Positions 42,795 to 52,818 of a stretch of 64,000 nucleotides of DNA are shown here, piece after piece. Location of the stretch: the NCBI GenBank assembly GCA_963727445.1, contig CAVSGI010000011.1:1-64000 (forward strand), read 5' to 3'. The DNA comes from an uncultured delta proteobacterium. GTDB taxonomy: Bacteria > Myxococcota_A > Polyangia > Polyangiales > B10-G4. Under the pieces are notes generated by a model, which worked only from the letters and a program-made list of their open reading frames with translations, was not told the DNA's origin and made no database searches. A program made the translations under genes and the position numbers. The first letter of the stretch is position 1. Every line of letters begins with the position of its first letter.

Positions 42795-45590
42795 TCAATC
42801 GAGCAGCCGGAGGCCGGGGGGAAGGCTTTCGCCGAAGATCCGGCGTTCTTCGGCTTCGTCGAGGTGCGTCACCTCCAGGACCATCCGGCGCCACGCCTCC
42901 GGCGCACCCGCATCGGAGAGGCGCTGTGCCACCTGCTCTCGAGCCGCTTCGCCCAGATCTCGCTGGCGATCGCCGCTCACGCGACAGAGCACGGCCGCCG
43001 CGAAGGCGGCCTGTTCTTCGGCCGCGAAGTCCGCGCCGAGCGCCGCGCCCAACCACCGCTCGGCGTCGGCCCGCGGCACCACGGTGTGTGCGCTTCCATA
43101 GAAGGGAACCCGCGCACCGAGCCGCCCGAGCGCCCACCAGCTCTGGGTGTTCTCGTCGTGCTCCAGCAGCCGCGTCATCAGCCAGTCGCCGATCTTCACC
43201 TTTCGCTCGGGCGAGACGCGCTCGAGGGAGCCGGCGAGGCGCACCATGTCGTCGTAGCCCGCCATCTTCGGGCCGGACGGACGCTTGCGGGGGCGCTTGG
43301 TGGGCGGATGCAGGTACCACTCGATCGCGGAGAGGATCTTCTCCTGCATCTCGGGGGCGAGCCCACCGGCGACGCGCCGCCACATGATCCACCACTCGGC
43401 CCAGTTCTGTGACTCCGGCACGTACTGGATCATCGCGTCCCAGAGCGACCAGAGCTCTTTCACGCGCCACTCGTCGAGGGGGTAGCCGAACCCCGGACGC
43501 AGCGTGTAGCCCGCGAGGTTGAGCCAGATGCGCTCGTGTGCGGCCGAGCGCCGGCGGCGCTTCACGTTCGCGAAGAGGGCACCGAAGAGCTCACGGAGCA
43601 AGGGCGTATCCCAGGTGTCGCGGCTGCCGATGATCTTCTCGAGGTTGTTCCGCAGCGTCTTCACCTCGCCCGGTTTCACGCCGTCGGTGCTCTTGCCGTA
43701 GATGCGCCGGACGAGATCGGTGGCTTCCTCGAAGCGCGGGTGAAGGCGCGTGACCTTCTGGGCGGCGACCTCCTTGGCGCTCGCCCCGCGCAACGCCATC
43801 TCCAGCTTCCAGCGCCGCTTCGGATCCGCTGCGTCCACGCAGCTCATCTCGAGCGTGCCGACCTCGGTGAGCGCGGTGATCACCTTCACCGGGATCTCCA
43901 CGTCCTTCTGAGAGGGATCGTCGCTCTCGAGCACCGCCGCCATGAGGGGCAGGTCGTGGTAACCCTCTCCGCCGATGTCCACGATGTCGCCCGGACGGTG
44001 ATGGCGGACGTCCTGGGAGGTCGCGACCAACGGGAAGCGCACCGGCTTGCCGAGCCTCAGGGACATGGCGCGCCGCTCGAGCTCGACGTCCTCGCCTTCT
44101 TCGGCGCCGCGCGGGAGCACGCACACGCCCTTGCGCGCGCCCTCTCCGTCGTCCGGCAGCACCAGGAAGTAGCTGCGCGCCGAGCCGCCACCGATGCGCA
44201 GGCCCATGCCCCGGCGCGCCAGGCCGTACGCCACCGCCCCACGCGCGACGGCGAGCTCGGGCGCGTCGTTCTCGAGGCGCTTCGGTGCATCGCCGCGCCA
44301 GTCGCCGAGGACCTCGATGAGGCGCTTCGCCAGGGCGTCGCCGCGGAAGACGCCGCCGTTCAAGAGCACGGCGTCCGGGACGGCCGGACCGTCCTCGGGG
44401 CCGATGCCCAAAGCGTCGCGCGCGAGCTCGTCGTGGTGAGCGAGGAAGGCGGCGACGTGACGGGTGATGCCCGCGTCGGCGACGTAGGGCAGGCCGAACT
44501 CGACGATGGCGCCGCGCCGCTTCTCGGGGCGCGCGCTCGCCTCCACCTTCGGGAAGAACCCGTCGAGCACCAGCTTCTCCACTTCCTCGCGACTGATGTC
44601 GGTGGAGCGCGCCCCGCCGATCAGCTTCGAGCCCGAGCCGAGGACCGTGATCTTCGTCGCGTCGGGCGCGCCCGCCGACAGCAGCTGCTCTTTCGCGGCG
44701 CGCGCCTGCTGGATGAGCTGACTGAAGCGGCTCGCCCCGAGCTGCGAGCCGCCGCCCACCCGCGGCTCGGCCACGCGCGCGAGGGCGAGGTCCATGTTGT
44801 CGCCGCCCAGCATGAGGTGATCGCCGACGGCGATGCGGGTCAGGCGGGGCCCGCTCTCACGCAGCTCGACCTTGATGAGCGTGAGGTCCGTGGTGCCGCC
44901 GCCCACGTCCACCACCACAGCGAGGTGCACGCCTTCGAGGGACTCTTCGAGGACGTCGCGATGGCGATCGAGCCACTGGTACATGGCGGCCTGCGGCTCC
45001 TCGACCAGGCGCACGCGATCGAGACCGGCCCGCTTCGCGGCGTCGAGGGTCAGCGCGCGGGCGCCCTCGTCGAAGGAAGCGGGGACCGTGAGCATGATCT
45101 CCTGCTTCGCGAGGGGGTGCTTCGGGTGGGCGTGCTCCCACGCGGCGGAGACGTGCCGGAGGTAGCTCGCGCTCGCCTCCACCGGCGAGACCTTCGGCAC
45201 CTCCTCGGGTGCACCCCAGGGCAGGATGTCGGCCGTGCGATCGACGCCGTCGTGGGAGAGCCAGCTCTTGGCGCTCGCCACCAGCCGCCCCGGCACCTTG
45301 GCGCCGAGCTCGAGGGCGAGCTGACCGACCACCGCCGGCTCCCCTTCGCCCTCGTGGCTCCACGGCAGCACCGTCTCCCCCGCCCCGAGCTGCCCCGCGG
45401 CGGGGTGGTAGCGAACCGAAGGCAGCATGTCCCGCGGCGCGATCTCCCCCGGCGCCACGAGCTGGTCGACGCGAAACGACTCGATCTGCGGCGCCTCCCC
45501 CTCCTCGAGAGTCACGGAGGTGTCGGCGCTCGCCACCACGGTGTGGGTCGTGCCGAGATCGATACCGACGATGTAGCGGGGCGCGGCCAT
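42795..45590 (-). CDS. Hsp70-family protein with DUF3731-type C-terminus
   Basis: GIDLGTT, TVPASFD, EEPQAA and DVGGGTTD motifs; LRPGFGYPLDEWR. Confidence 0.9.
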   Translation of the reverse strand: MAAPRYIVGIDLGTTHTVVASADTSVTLEEGEAPQIESFRVDQLVAPGEIAPRDMLPSVRYHPAAGQLGAGETVLPWSHEGEGEPAVVGQLALELGAKVPGRLVASAKSWLSHDGVDRTADILPWGAPEEVPKVSPVEASASYLRHVSAAWEHAHPKHPLAKQEIMLTVPASFDEGARALTLDAAKRAGLDRVRLVEEPQAAMYQWLDRHRDVLEESLEGVHLAVVVDVGGGTTDLTLIKVELRESGPRLTRIAVGDHLMLGGDNMDLALARVAEPRVGGGSQLGASRFSQLIQQARAAKEQLLSAGAPDATKITVLGSGSKLIGGARSTDISREEVEKLVLDGFFPKVEASARPEKRRGAIVEFGLPYVADAGITRHVAAFLAHHDELARDALGIGPEDGPAVPDAVLLNGGVFRGDALAKRLIEVLGDWRGDAPKRLENDAPELAVARGAVAYGLARRGMGLRIGGGSARSYFLVLPDDGEGARKGVCVLPRGAEEGEDVELERRAMSLRLGKPVRFPLVATSQDVRHHRPGDIVDIGGEGYHDLPLMAAVLESDDPSQKDVEIPVKVITALTEVGTLEMSCVDAADPKRRWKLEMALRGASAKEVAAQKVTRLHPRFEEATDLVRRIYGKSTDGVKPGEVKTLRNNLEKIIGSRDTWDTPLLRELFGALFANVKRRRRSAAHERIWLNLAGYTLRPGFGYPLDEWRVKELWSLWDAMIQYVPESQNWAEWWIMWRRVAGGLAPEMQEKILSAIEWYLHPPTKRPRKRPSGPKMAGYDDMVRLAGSLERVSPERKVKIGDWLMTRLLEHDENTQSWWALGRLGARVPFYGSAHTVVPRADAERWLGAALGADFAAEEQAAFAAAVLCRVSGDRQRDLGEAAREQVAQRLSDAGAPEAWRRMVLEVTHLDEAEERRIFGESLPPGLRLLD

Positions 45591-45611
45591 CTCGGGCCCC
45601 TATAGCACTGC

Positions 45612-47421
45612 TCAGGCGCCGCCCAAGTCCGTCGCGTCGCCGAAGGCGTAGACCGAGCCGTCCTCGGCGACGAGCCAGTAGCCGTCACCGCTGGCGGTGG
45701 GCTCGATGTGGATCACGTCGCTCGGCAAGGACATGGCCGAGGCGTCGCCGAGGTCGCTGGCGCAGCCGTATGCGAAGACCTGACCGCTCTCGGTCACGAC
45801 CCAGTAGCCGCTGCACGAGGGATGGCTCGCGATGTGGCTGCATCCCGAGGTGGTGCCGGAGCTGCTCGGCATCCCGTGAACGGGCAGGACCATGCCGCGC
45901 TTGGGCGTCGCGTAGACCGTGCAGTCGCTCCCCACCATCCACGCGCCGCGGTGGACGCTGGTCTGCTCGGCGGCGATGCCGAGGATCTCCACGCCGGCGC
46001 TCAGCGTGACGCCGCGGTCGACGAGGTCGTCGAGCTCGTCGGCGTCGAAGGCGCGGCTGTCACCGACGAGGTTGACGATCCAATAGCCGCTCCCGTCGGG
46101 GTCGGCGACCATGTCCGAGGCGAGGCCGAGCCCGCCCGTGCCGTGCAGGGTCGCGTCGCCGTAGGTGAAGACACGCGAGGTGATGCCGAGGGCGTAGAAG
46201 CCGTAGCCCGAGGGGTCGGCCTCGACCGCTTCGGCGCGGCCGTCGGGTGCGCCGGTGGGCCCCATGCAACAGCGCGCATCGCCGAAGGGCACGAGGGTGC
46301 CGCCGCGGCCGTAGATCCAGTAGCCGTTGCCGCTCGGGGTGCGCGCCATTCCGATGGCGTCGGAGAGCGAGGTGGCGCAGGAGCGCTCCGGACAGCACGC
46401 GATCTCCGTGCGGGTGCAGTCGCGCGTCTCGGTGGTCATCTCCATGGTGCAGGCCAGGTCCACGCAGCGCGGGGTCGTCACCACGCGGCTCTGGGTGCCG
46501 CTGTCGTCGCAGCTCTCGGTGAAGCCTTCGCATGCGGACCAGGGATCGCTCGCCACCGCGCCGCAATCGGCATCCGTCCGGCAGGCGTCACAGACCTGCA
46601 TGCCTTCGTTGCAGTAGCGCTCACACGGGGCGTCCACGTGCCGCGAGCACATGCCGTCCGGGCCGCAGGTGTCGGTGCCGTTGCACCAGAATCCGTCGCT
46701 GCAGGGCTGGCTCGTGCAGTCGACGCGGTCCTCGCAGTCGGTCATGCCGTCACAGTCCTCGTCCACACCGTCGTTGCAGTCGGTTTCTGCCGTCGCGCAC
46801 GCGTCAGCGCAGCCTCGGACCAGGTCGCAGACCTGTCCCGACGGGCAGGCCGAGTCCGAGCTGATCGCGAAGCAGCTCCCCTCCCGACAGACGTTTTGCG
46901 CGCAGCTCACCACCGCAGCCGCGGCGCAGTCGCTGTCGCTCGCACAAGTCGCATCGCCGCAGTCCAGGGGCTGCTCGGGAGCGCACGTCGAACCCACGCA
47001 AACGCCGCCCTCGCACTGATCGGAGCCCGGGCACGACACACCGGCGCAAGCGTGGCTGATCACCACCGTGACCTCGTAGGGGTCGTCGAGCTCGATGGAG
47101 ACGACGCGCGAGCCGATGATCGCGTCGCTCGGCGAGATCAGTCGGACGCGCACGTAAGCGGGACCACGGGGCAGCCCGAAGAGCTCGGCGACCCGGATCC
47201 CGCCGATGGCGTCCTCGTCCACCATCGCCGTGCGTCGCTCGTGCTCGCCGCCGTCCATTTCATCGGTGAGTGGCGTGACGCTGAAGTCGGTCTCGATGAC
47301 GTTGAAGTCCCGCCCTGGGGTGTAGTCGGTGCGCAGATTCACCCGGAGACTGGAAGGCGAGTCCTTCCCGCAAGACGAGACCACCATGGCCACCAAGACC
47401 AAGCACACCCTCCTTCGCATC
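45612..47421 (-). CDS. Cys-rich lipoprotein with C-terminal GYW..FGDA repeat propeller
   Basis: VSSC lipobox; repeats TPSGNGYW..FGDA, DPDGSGYW and TASGDGYWLVAEDGSVYAFGDA. Confidence 0.8.
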
Positions 47422-47502
47422 ACCGTGACGCTAACATTTTCCGGGCAGAGCGGTCGTGCAAAACGACCCTGTAGTGGCCTTTGGAGAATGTAGGCTCATC
47501 GC

Positions 47503-48114
47503 ATGATGAAGATTCGCATCTCGACATTCGCTCTCCTGTGCCTCTCGGCCTTTTCGGCGTGCGGCGACGACGGGTCTCCTGGCGATTCCAGTGTCACTGT
47601 CGACAGCGCCGCTGGCGACTCGGCGAGCGGCGACTCGGCGAGCGGTGACTCGGCGAGCGGTGATGGCGCGACCAGCGATGGTGGCGGCGACGCGGCGGCC
47701 GGCTGCATCAGCGGCGGCTGCCCCTCCGGCCAGATGTGTTGCACCGGCGTCCCCTACCCGGCGGAGGGGCAATGCGCGGAGATGTGCAACCTTCGCTGTG
47801 ACCGGAACGCGAAGGAGAACTTCGAGACCATCGACGAAGACGCGATCCTCACCGCTCTCACCTCGCTGCCGATCAGCGAGTGGAGCTACCGCGACGAGGG
47901 CGGGGACGTGCGTCACGTCGGACCGATGGCCCAGGACTTCCACCAGCGCTTCGGCGTGGGCGCCGACGACCGGGTGATCCATCCCGTCGACGCGACTGGC
48001 GTGACCATCGCCGCGATCCAGGCCCTGACGCGGCGCGTCGACGCGCTCGAGCGCGACAACGCCGCCCTGCGCGAACATGCGCTCTCGCTCGAGGAGCAGA
48101 TTCGCGGGCGCTGA
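47503..48114 (+). CDS. Lipoprotein with peptidase S74 (intramolecular chaperone) domain
   Basis: FSAC lipobox; DRNAKENF, WSY and HVGPMAQDF motifs; C-terminal coiled coil. Confidence 0.85.
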   Translation: MMKIRISTFALLCLSAFSACGDDGSPGDSSVTVDSAAGDSASGDSASGDSASGDGATSDGGGDAAAGCISGGCPSGQMCCTGVPYPAEGQCAEMCNLRCDRNAKENFETIDEDAILTALTSLPISEWSYRDEGGDVRHVGPMAQDFHQRFGVGADDRVIHPVDATGVTIAAIQALTRRVDALERDNAALREHALSLEEQIRGR

Positions 48115-48128
48115 CGCGGCATTGGGGT

Positions 48129-50804
48129 ATGGTGCCTCGCGTCGTGGCCGACACCGAGCCGTCACCGATCGGACATGGAGAGTGGATCGTTCGGGGGGCG
48201 ATCGGTGGATGGTTCGCCGGCGCTGGCGCGGGGCTCATCGACGGAATCGTCAGCTGGGGATCCTCTGCGCAGTTCGTCCCGGGCTTCGGCGCGCGGCTCC
48301 TCTTCCTGCTCCATCAGCTCTCGAGCTCGGGCTTCGTTGGTGCCGTCGCGGGCGCCGGGCTCACCGCGCTCTTGGTGGTGCTCGGCGGCACGCGGTTGGG
48401 CGAGCTGTGGCGCGCGCTCCTCGATCCCTCCCGGCGTCTGAGCGCGCTCGCCCTGCTGCTTGTCGCCCCGATGGTGATCGCGGTGGCTGGTCGGCTCGCC
48501 TTCGACACCGCGATGGAGGGCCTCGCCACGCGTCGTCACGTCGGACTGCAGCTCGGCCTCTCCATGCTGCTCGGGGCGGGTGCGCTCCTCGCGGTGATCG
48601 CGTCGACGGTGCTCCTGGCCCTCCCCGTCGAAAGGCTCCTCGCTCTGCTCTGCCGAAGGAGCCCGCGGCTGAACCGCGCGATTCACGGCCGCGCGATGCT
48701 CGCCATCGTCGCCGCCGCCCTCGCTTCGATCGGCGCGGTCGCCGGCGTCGTCTACTTCAGAGATCTCCTCGTCGTGCTGCCGCTCCGCGGGCTCTGGGTG
48801 GCCCTCGGCGCGCTGGTGCTCGCGTTCCCGGGGCTCGCCGCGGGACGCATCTGCGCGCGCGCGCTGTGGCGCAGGAACCTCGGGATACGTGCGGGGGTGA
48901 TCGTCGTGCTCTTCGCCGGCAGCGTCGGGACCGCGCTGGCGACGGGCAGCGTGCAGTCGGTTCGCCAGGCGGTGATCACCTTCACCGGTCTGGGCGGCAC
49001 CTTCATCGAGGGCTACCGCGGGCTCGTCGACTTCGACGGCGACGGCTACAGCAGCATCCTGGGCGGGGGCGACTGCGACGACTTCGATCGTACGGCGCAT
49101 CCGGGAGGGACCGAGATCCCCGGCGATGGGATCGATCAGAACTGCATCGGCGGAGACGCGGTCCTCGATCGAGACCCGGACGAGGTCCGCTTCGCCCACG
49201 TGCCAGCCGCCCTCCCGAACCGGACCAACGTGGTGCTCATCACCATCGACACGGTGCGCGCCGATCACTTCGGGATGTATGGGTACGAGCGGAACACCAC
49301 CCCGCGCATGGACGCGCTCGCCGAGGATTCGATCGTCTTCGACAACGCCTGGGCGCACGCGCCGTCCACTCGCTACTCCATGCCTGCGATCCTCACCGGC
49401 CGTTATCCCCTCAACGTCTACTACGACCGTTCGGTGCGGCCCTGGCCGGGCATCGAGCGGCGCGCGACCACCATCGGGGAGATCATGAAGCGCCGCGGCT
49501 TCAGCACCGCGGCCTTCACCAACCACTGGTACTTCTCGGCCCAACGCCGGATGGATCAGGGCTTCGACGTCTACGACAACGCGAACTCCCGTCTGCACCG
49601 GCAAGACCCACGGCGCGGGCCGGCCACGAGCCACGGCTCGTCATCGGAGGAGCAGACGGACGCCGCGCTTCGCTTCCTGGAAGGTGTAGGAGACCGTCGC
49701 TTCTTCCTGTGGGTGCACTACTACGACCCGCATCACGAGTACGAATCGCACGAGGGCTTCGAATCCTTCGGCGACGAGCCGATGGACGTCTACGACCAGG
49801 AGATCCTCTTCACGGATCACCACATCGGTCGCCTCCTCGCCGATTTGAAGGAGCGCGGCCTCTACGACGACTCGATCATCGTGCTCACCGGCGACCACGG
49901 GGAGGGCTTCGGCGAGCACGGCGTCGACTTCCACGGCTATCACCTCTACGCGGCGCAGACCAAGGTGCCGCTCCTGATCAAGATCCCCGGCATCGAGCCG
50001 CGCCACGTGATCACCGCCGCGGGTCACGTGGACATTCTGCCCACACTCGCGAACCTGGTCGGCGCGCAGCCCACCGCGGAGATGATGGGGCGGTCGTTGG
50101 TCGGGCTCGCGATCGGCGAGGAAGAGGAGGACCCGAACCGCTACGTCTTCCAGCAGGTGGCGTGGACCGGTCACGACATTCGAGGCGCCGCCAGTGCGCA
50201 TTGTCACGTCATCCACAACATCCGCCCACACAGCAGCTGGGAGCTCTACCGCGTCGACCGTGACCCGGACGAGTTGCACGACATCATCGACGACCCGGGG
50301 CGCTGCGCCGATGCCAAGCCCGTGCTGGAAGCGTTCCTCGACTGGTCGGAGCTCTCGTCCGACGACGAGGGCGCAGTCGAGGTGCTCGACCGTGAGCCCG
50401 AGGTGCAACGTCGCGTCGACGTGGAGGTGGGCGACGAGCTCACGCTGGTGGGGCTCGATCTGCCCGAGGAGCCGGTCCGGCACGGCCGGCGAATGCAGAT
50501 CACCTGGACCTGGCGGGTCCGCGGGCCAATGGATGCGGGGTGGCGGGTCTTCGCGCACGTCCGCGGCGGGGAGCACGGGCGATTCCTCGCCGACCACGAT
50601 CCGCCGCGTGCCTTCGAGACGTGGCCCGAGGAGCGCTGGATTCGCTACACCACCACCGTGAGCGTGCCCTACTCGGCGGCGGCGGGTGAGTACGTGATCC
50701 ACTTCGGCGTCTATCGCGGCCGCGTGCGCAAGCCTCTCACGAGCGATCGCGTGGAGATCGAGGATCGCGACGAGGCGAAGGTCGGGACGATCGTGGTGCG
50801 CTGA
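48129..50804 (+). CDS. Membrane-bound sulfatase/alkaline-phosphatase-superfamily protein
   Basis: Multiple TM segments; DQNC metal-binding motif; ITIDTVRAD, HYYDPH and GDHGE motifs. Confidence 0.88.
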   Translation: MVPRVVADTEPSPIGHGEWIVRGAIGGWFAGAGAGLIDGIVSWGSSAQFVPGFGARLLFLLHQLSSSGFVGAVAGAGLTALLVVLGGTRLGELWRALLDPSRRLSALALLLVAPMVIAVAGRLAFDTAMEGLATRRHVGLQLGLSMLLGAGALLAVIASTVLLALPVERLLALLCRRSPRLNRAIHGRAMLAIVAAALASIGAVAGVVYFRDLLVVLPLRGLWVALGALVLAFPGLAAGRICARALWRRNLGIRAGVIVVLFAGSVGTALATGSVQSVRQAVITFTGLGGTFIEGYRGLVDFDGDGYSSILGGGDCDDFDRTAHPGGTEIPGDGIDQNCIGGDAVLDRDPDEVRFAHVPAALPNRTNVVLITIDTVRADHFGMYGYERNTTPRMDALAEDSIVFDNAWAHAPSTRYSMPAILTGRYPLNVYYDRSVRPWPGIERRATTIGEIMKRRGFSTAAFTNHWYFSAQRRMDQGFDVYDNANSRLHRQDPRRGPATSHGSSSEEQTDAALRFLEGVGDRRFFLWVHYYDPHHEYESHEGFESFGDEPMDVYDQEILFTDHHIGRLLADLKERGLYDDSIIVLTGDHGEGFGEHGVDFHGYHLYAAQTKVPLLIKIPGIEPRHVITAAGHVDILPTLANLVGAQPTAEMMGRSLVGLAIGEEEEDPNRYVFQQVAWTGHDIRGAASAHCHVIHNIRPHSSWELYRVDRDPDELHDIIDDPGRCADAKPVLEAFLDWSELSSDDEGAVEVLDREPEVQRRVDVEVGDELTLVGLDLPEEPVRHGRRMQITWTWRVRGPMDAGWRVFAHVRGGEHGRFLADHDPPRAFETWPEERWIRYTTTVSVPYSAAAGEYVIHFGVYRGRVRKPLTSDRVEIEDRDEAKVGTIVVR

Positions 50805-50833
50805 GGTTGCGCCTCGGCGAGCGCGTCCCGCTG

Positions 50834-51571
50834 TCAGGCCGCATTCACCAGGTGGATCAGCGCCTCGACGTTGCCCTTCGGTCCGTGCACGGGGCAGTCG
50901 ATGCGACCGCGCACGTCGAAGCCCAGCGCCTCTGCGGACTTCTCGACGTCGCGGATCGCCTGCGCGCGGAGCTCCGGGTCGCGGACGACGCCGCCCTTGC
51001 CGACCTTGCCCTTGCCCACTTCGAACTGTGGCTTGACCAGCGCGACGATGGTCCCACTGGGCGCGAGGAGCGCCTTGGCGGCGGGGAGCAGCTTGTCGAG
51101 GCCGATGAAGGAGGCGTCGATGACCACCATGTCGACCGGCTCGGGCAGGTCGCCGGGTTTCAGATGGCGGGCATTCGTCCGCTCCATCACCACCACGCGT
51201 GGATCGTTGCGCAGCGTGTGGTGGAGCTGGCCATAGCCGACGTCGATGGCGTAGACGCGGGTCGCGCCCCGGCTCAGGACGCAGTCTGTGAAGCCACCGG
51301 TGCTGGCGCCGAAGTCCGCCACGACCCATCCCTTCGGGTCGACCGCGAAGGCGTCGAGGCCAGCCTCGAGCTTGAGCCCGCCGCGAGAAACGTAAGGCAG
51401 GTCCTCGCCCCGGACCTCGAGCGCCGCGTCCTCGGCCAGCTGTGTCCCCGCCTTCTCCACGCGGGTCTCGCCCGAGAAGACGCGGCCGGCGAGGATCAGC
51501 GCCCGCGCCCGCTCGCGGCTCGGCGAGAGCCCCCTCTCGGCCAGGAGGAGATCGGCTCGTTTCTTGGCCAT
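50834..51571 (-). CDS. tlyA: TlyA-family rRNA 2'-O-methyltransferase
   Basis: S4 domain; YVSRGGLKL, GASTGGFTD and LVKPQFE motifs. Confidence 0.95.
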   Translation of the reverse strand: MAKKRADLLLAERGLSPSRERARALILAGRVFSGETRVEKAGTQLAEDAALEVRGEDLPYVSRGGLKLEAGLDAFAVDPKGWVVADFGASTGGFTDCVLSRGATRVYAIDVGYGQLHHTLRNDPRVVVMERTNARHLKPGDLPEPVDMVVIDASFIGLDKLLPAAKALLAPSGTIVALVKPQFEVGKGKVGKGGVVRDPELRAQAIRDVEKSAEALGFDVRGRIDCPVHGPKGNVEALIHLVNAA

Positions 51572-51712
51572 CGGGTCGAGAATAGCTGCATTTTCGGCCC
51601 TGTCAGTCGAGCACCCACCAGACCGTCCTTCCGCTGTGGCCCAAAGCCGACGCTTGGGCTACATCACGCCCCGCCAAGCCCCGAACGGCATACGAACAGG
51701 AGAGAACGGAAC

Positions 51713-52207
51713 ATGGCAGAAGGTCTCAACAAGGTCATCCTCATCGGCAATCTCGGGATGGATCCCGAGCTCCGATTCACCCAGAACGGTCAGGCGATCC
51801 TGCGCATGCGCCTGGCGACCACCGAGTCCTACGTCGACCGCAACAAGGAGCGCCAGGAGCGCACCGAGTGGCACACGGTCATCGTCTGGGGCAACCGCGG
51901 CGAGGCGCTGAACAAGATCCTCAGCAAGGGCCGGAGCATCTGCGTCGAGGGACGCATCCAGACCCGCCAGTGGGAAGACAAGGACAACAACAAGCGCTCG
52001 ACGACCGAGATCGTCGCGACGAACATCGTGCTCCTCGGCGGCGGTCGCGGCGGTGGCGGCGGCGGTGGGGGTGGTGACTACGGCGGCGGCGGTGGCGGCG
52101 GCTACGGCGGTGGCGGCGGTGGCGGCGGTGGCGGCGGCGGTGGCGGCGGCGGCGGCGGCGGCGGCGACTACCCGGACGACTTCGGCGACGACGACATTCC
52201 GTTCTAG
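51713..52207 (+). CDS. ssb: Single-stranded DNA-binding protein
   Basis: LNKVILIGNLG, TEWH, Gly-rich linker, DDDIPF tail. Confidence 0.97.
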   Translation: MAEGLNKVILIGNLGMDPELRFTQNGQAILRMRLATTESYVDRNKERQERTEWHTVIVWGNRGEALNKILSKGRSICVEGRIQTRQWEDKDNNKRSTTEIVATNIVLLGGGRGGGGGGGGGDYGGGGGGGYGGGGGGGGGGGGGGGGGGGGDYPDDFGDDDIPF

Positions 52208-52283
52208 CGGGGTGCCCGCACGCAGGGACCTTTGATCCACGTGCCCCCCTTTTGGCACCATGTGGTGTCTGGGGGGGTCACGC

Positions 52284-52808
52284 ATGGATCCGATCGAAGA
52301 AGAGCTGGCGATCGTCGAGGAGCGAAGCTCGGAGCCGCCGACCATCACGCCGGACGTGCTCGACGAGCCGATCTCCGAGCTCTGCGACGGCCCGGCGATC
52401 TCGGTCTCGTCCTCGGCCACCATCGGCGAGGCGATCCGGATGATGCAGGAGCACCGGATCGGCTCGGTGTTGGTGGTCGACGGTGAGCGGTTGGCCGGAA
52501 TCGTCACCGAGCGCGATGTGCTCACCAAGGTCACCGGCAAGGACCTGTCTTTTCAGGAGTCGCCGGTGACCAAGGTGATGACCGCCGACCCCGAGACCTT
52601 GCAGCCGGGCGACAGCCTCATCTTCCTGATGAACAAGATGCACGTCGGCGGCTTCCGCCACGTGCCCATCGTCGATCCGGAGGGCAAGCCCCTGCACGTC
52701 CTGTCGCTACGCGCCGTGCTCCGCTACCTCATCGAGCAGTTCGGCGCGCGCGTCATGAACATCCCGCCCGACCCGTTCCGCGGCGAGAGCAAGGAGGGGA
52801 GCGGGTAG
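52284..52808 (+). CDS. CBS-domain protein
   Basis: GIVTERD and FRHVPIVD motifs. Confidence 0.9.
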   Translation: MDPIEEELAIVEERSSEPPTITPDVLDEPISELCDGPAISVSSSATIGEAIRMMQEHRIGSVLVVDGERLAGIVTERDVLTKVTGKDLSFQESPVTKVMTADPETLQPGDSLIFLMNKMHVGGFRHVPIVDPEGKPLHVLSLRAVLRYLIEQFGARVMNIPPDPFRGESKEGSG

Positions 52809-52818
52809 CTCCCCGCTC

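Noticed and set aside
43536..45605. Long antisense ORFs (also 14188-15765, 54360-56819, 60729-62555 and others)
   Set aside because: Shadow frames of high-GC3 genes on the opposite strand, with no recognisable motifs
47503..48114. Prophage indicated by a tail-fibre chaperone domain
   Set aside because: No other phage genes nearby, and the protein has a lipoprotein signal
52036..52170. GGC/GGT microsatellite
   Set aside because: Encodes the ordinary Gly-rich linker of SSB
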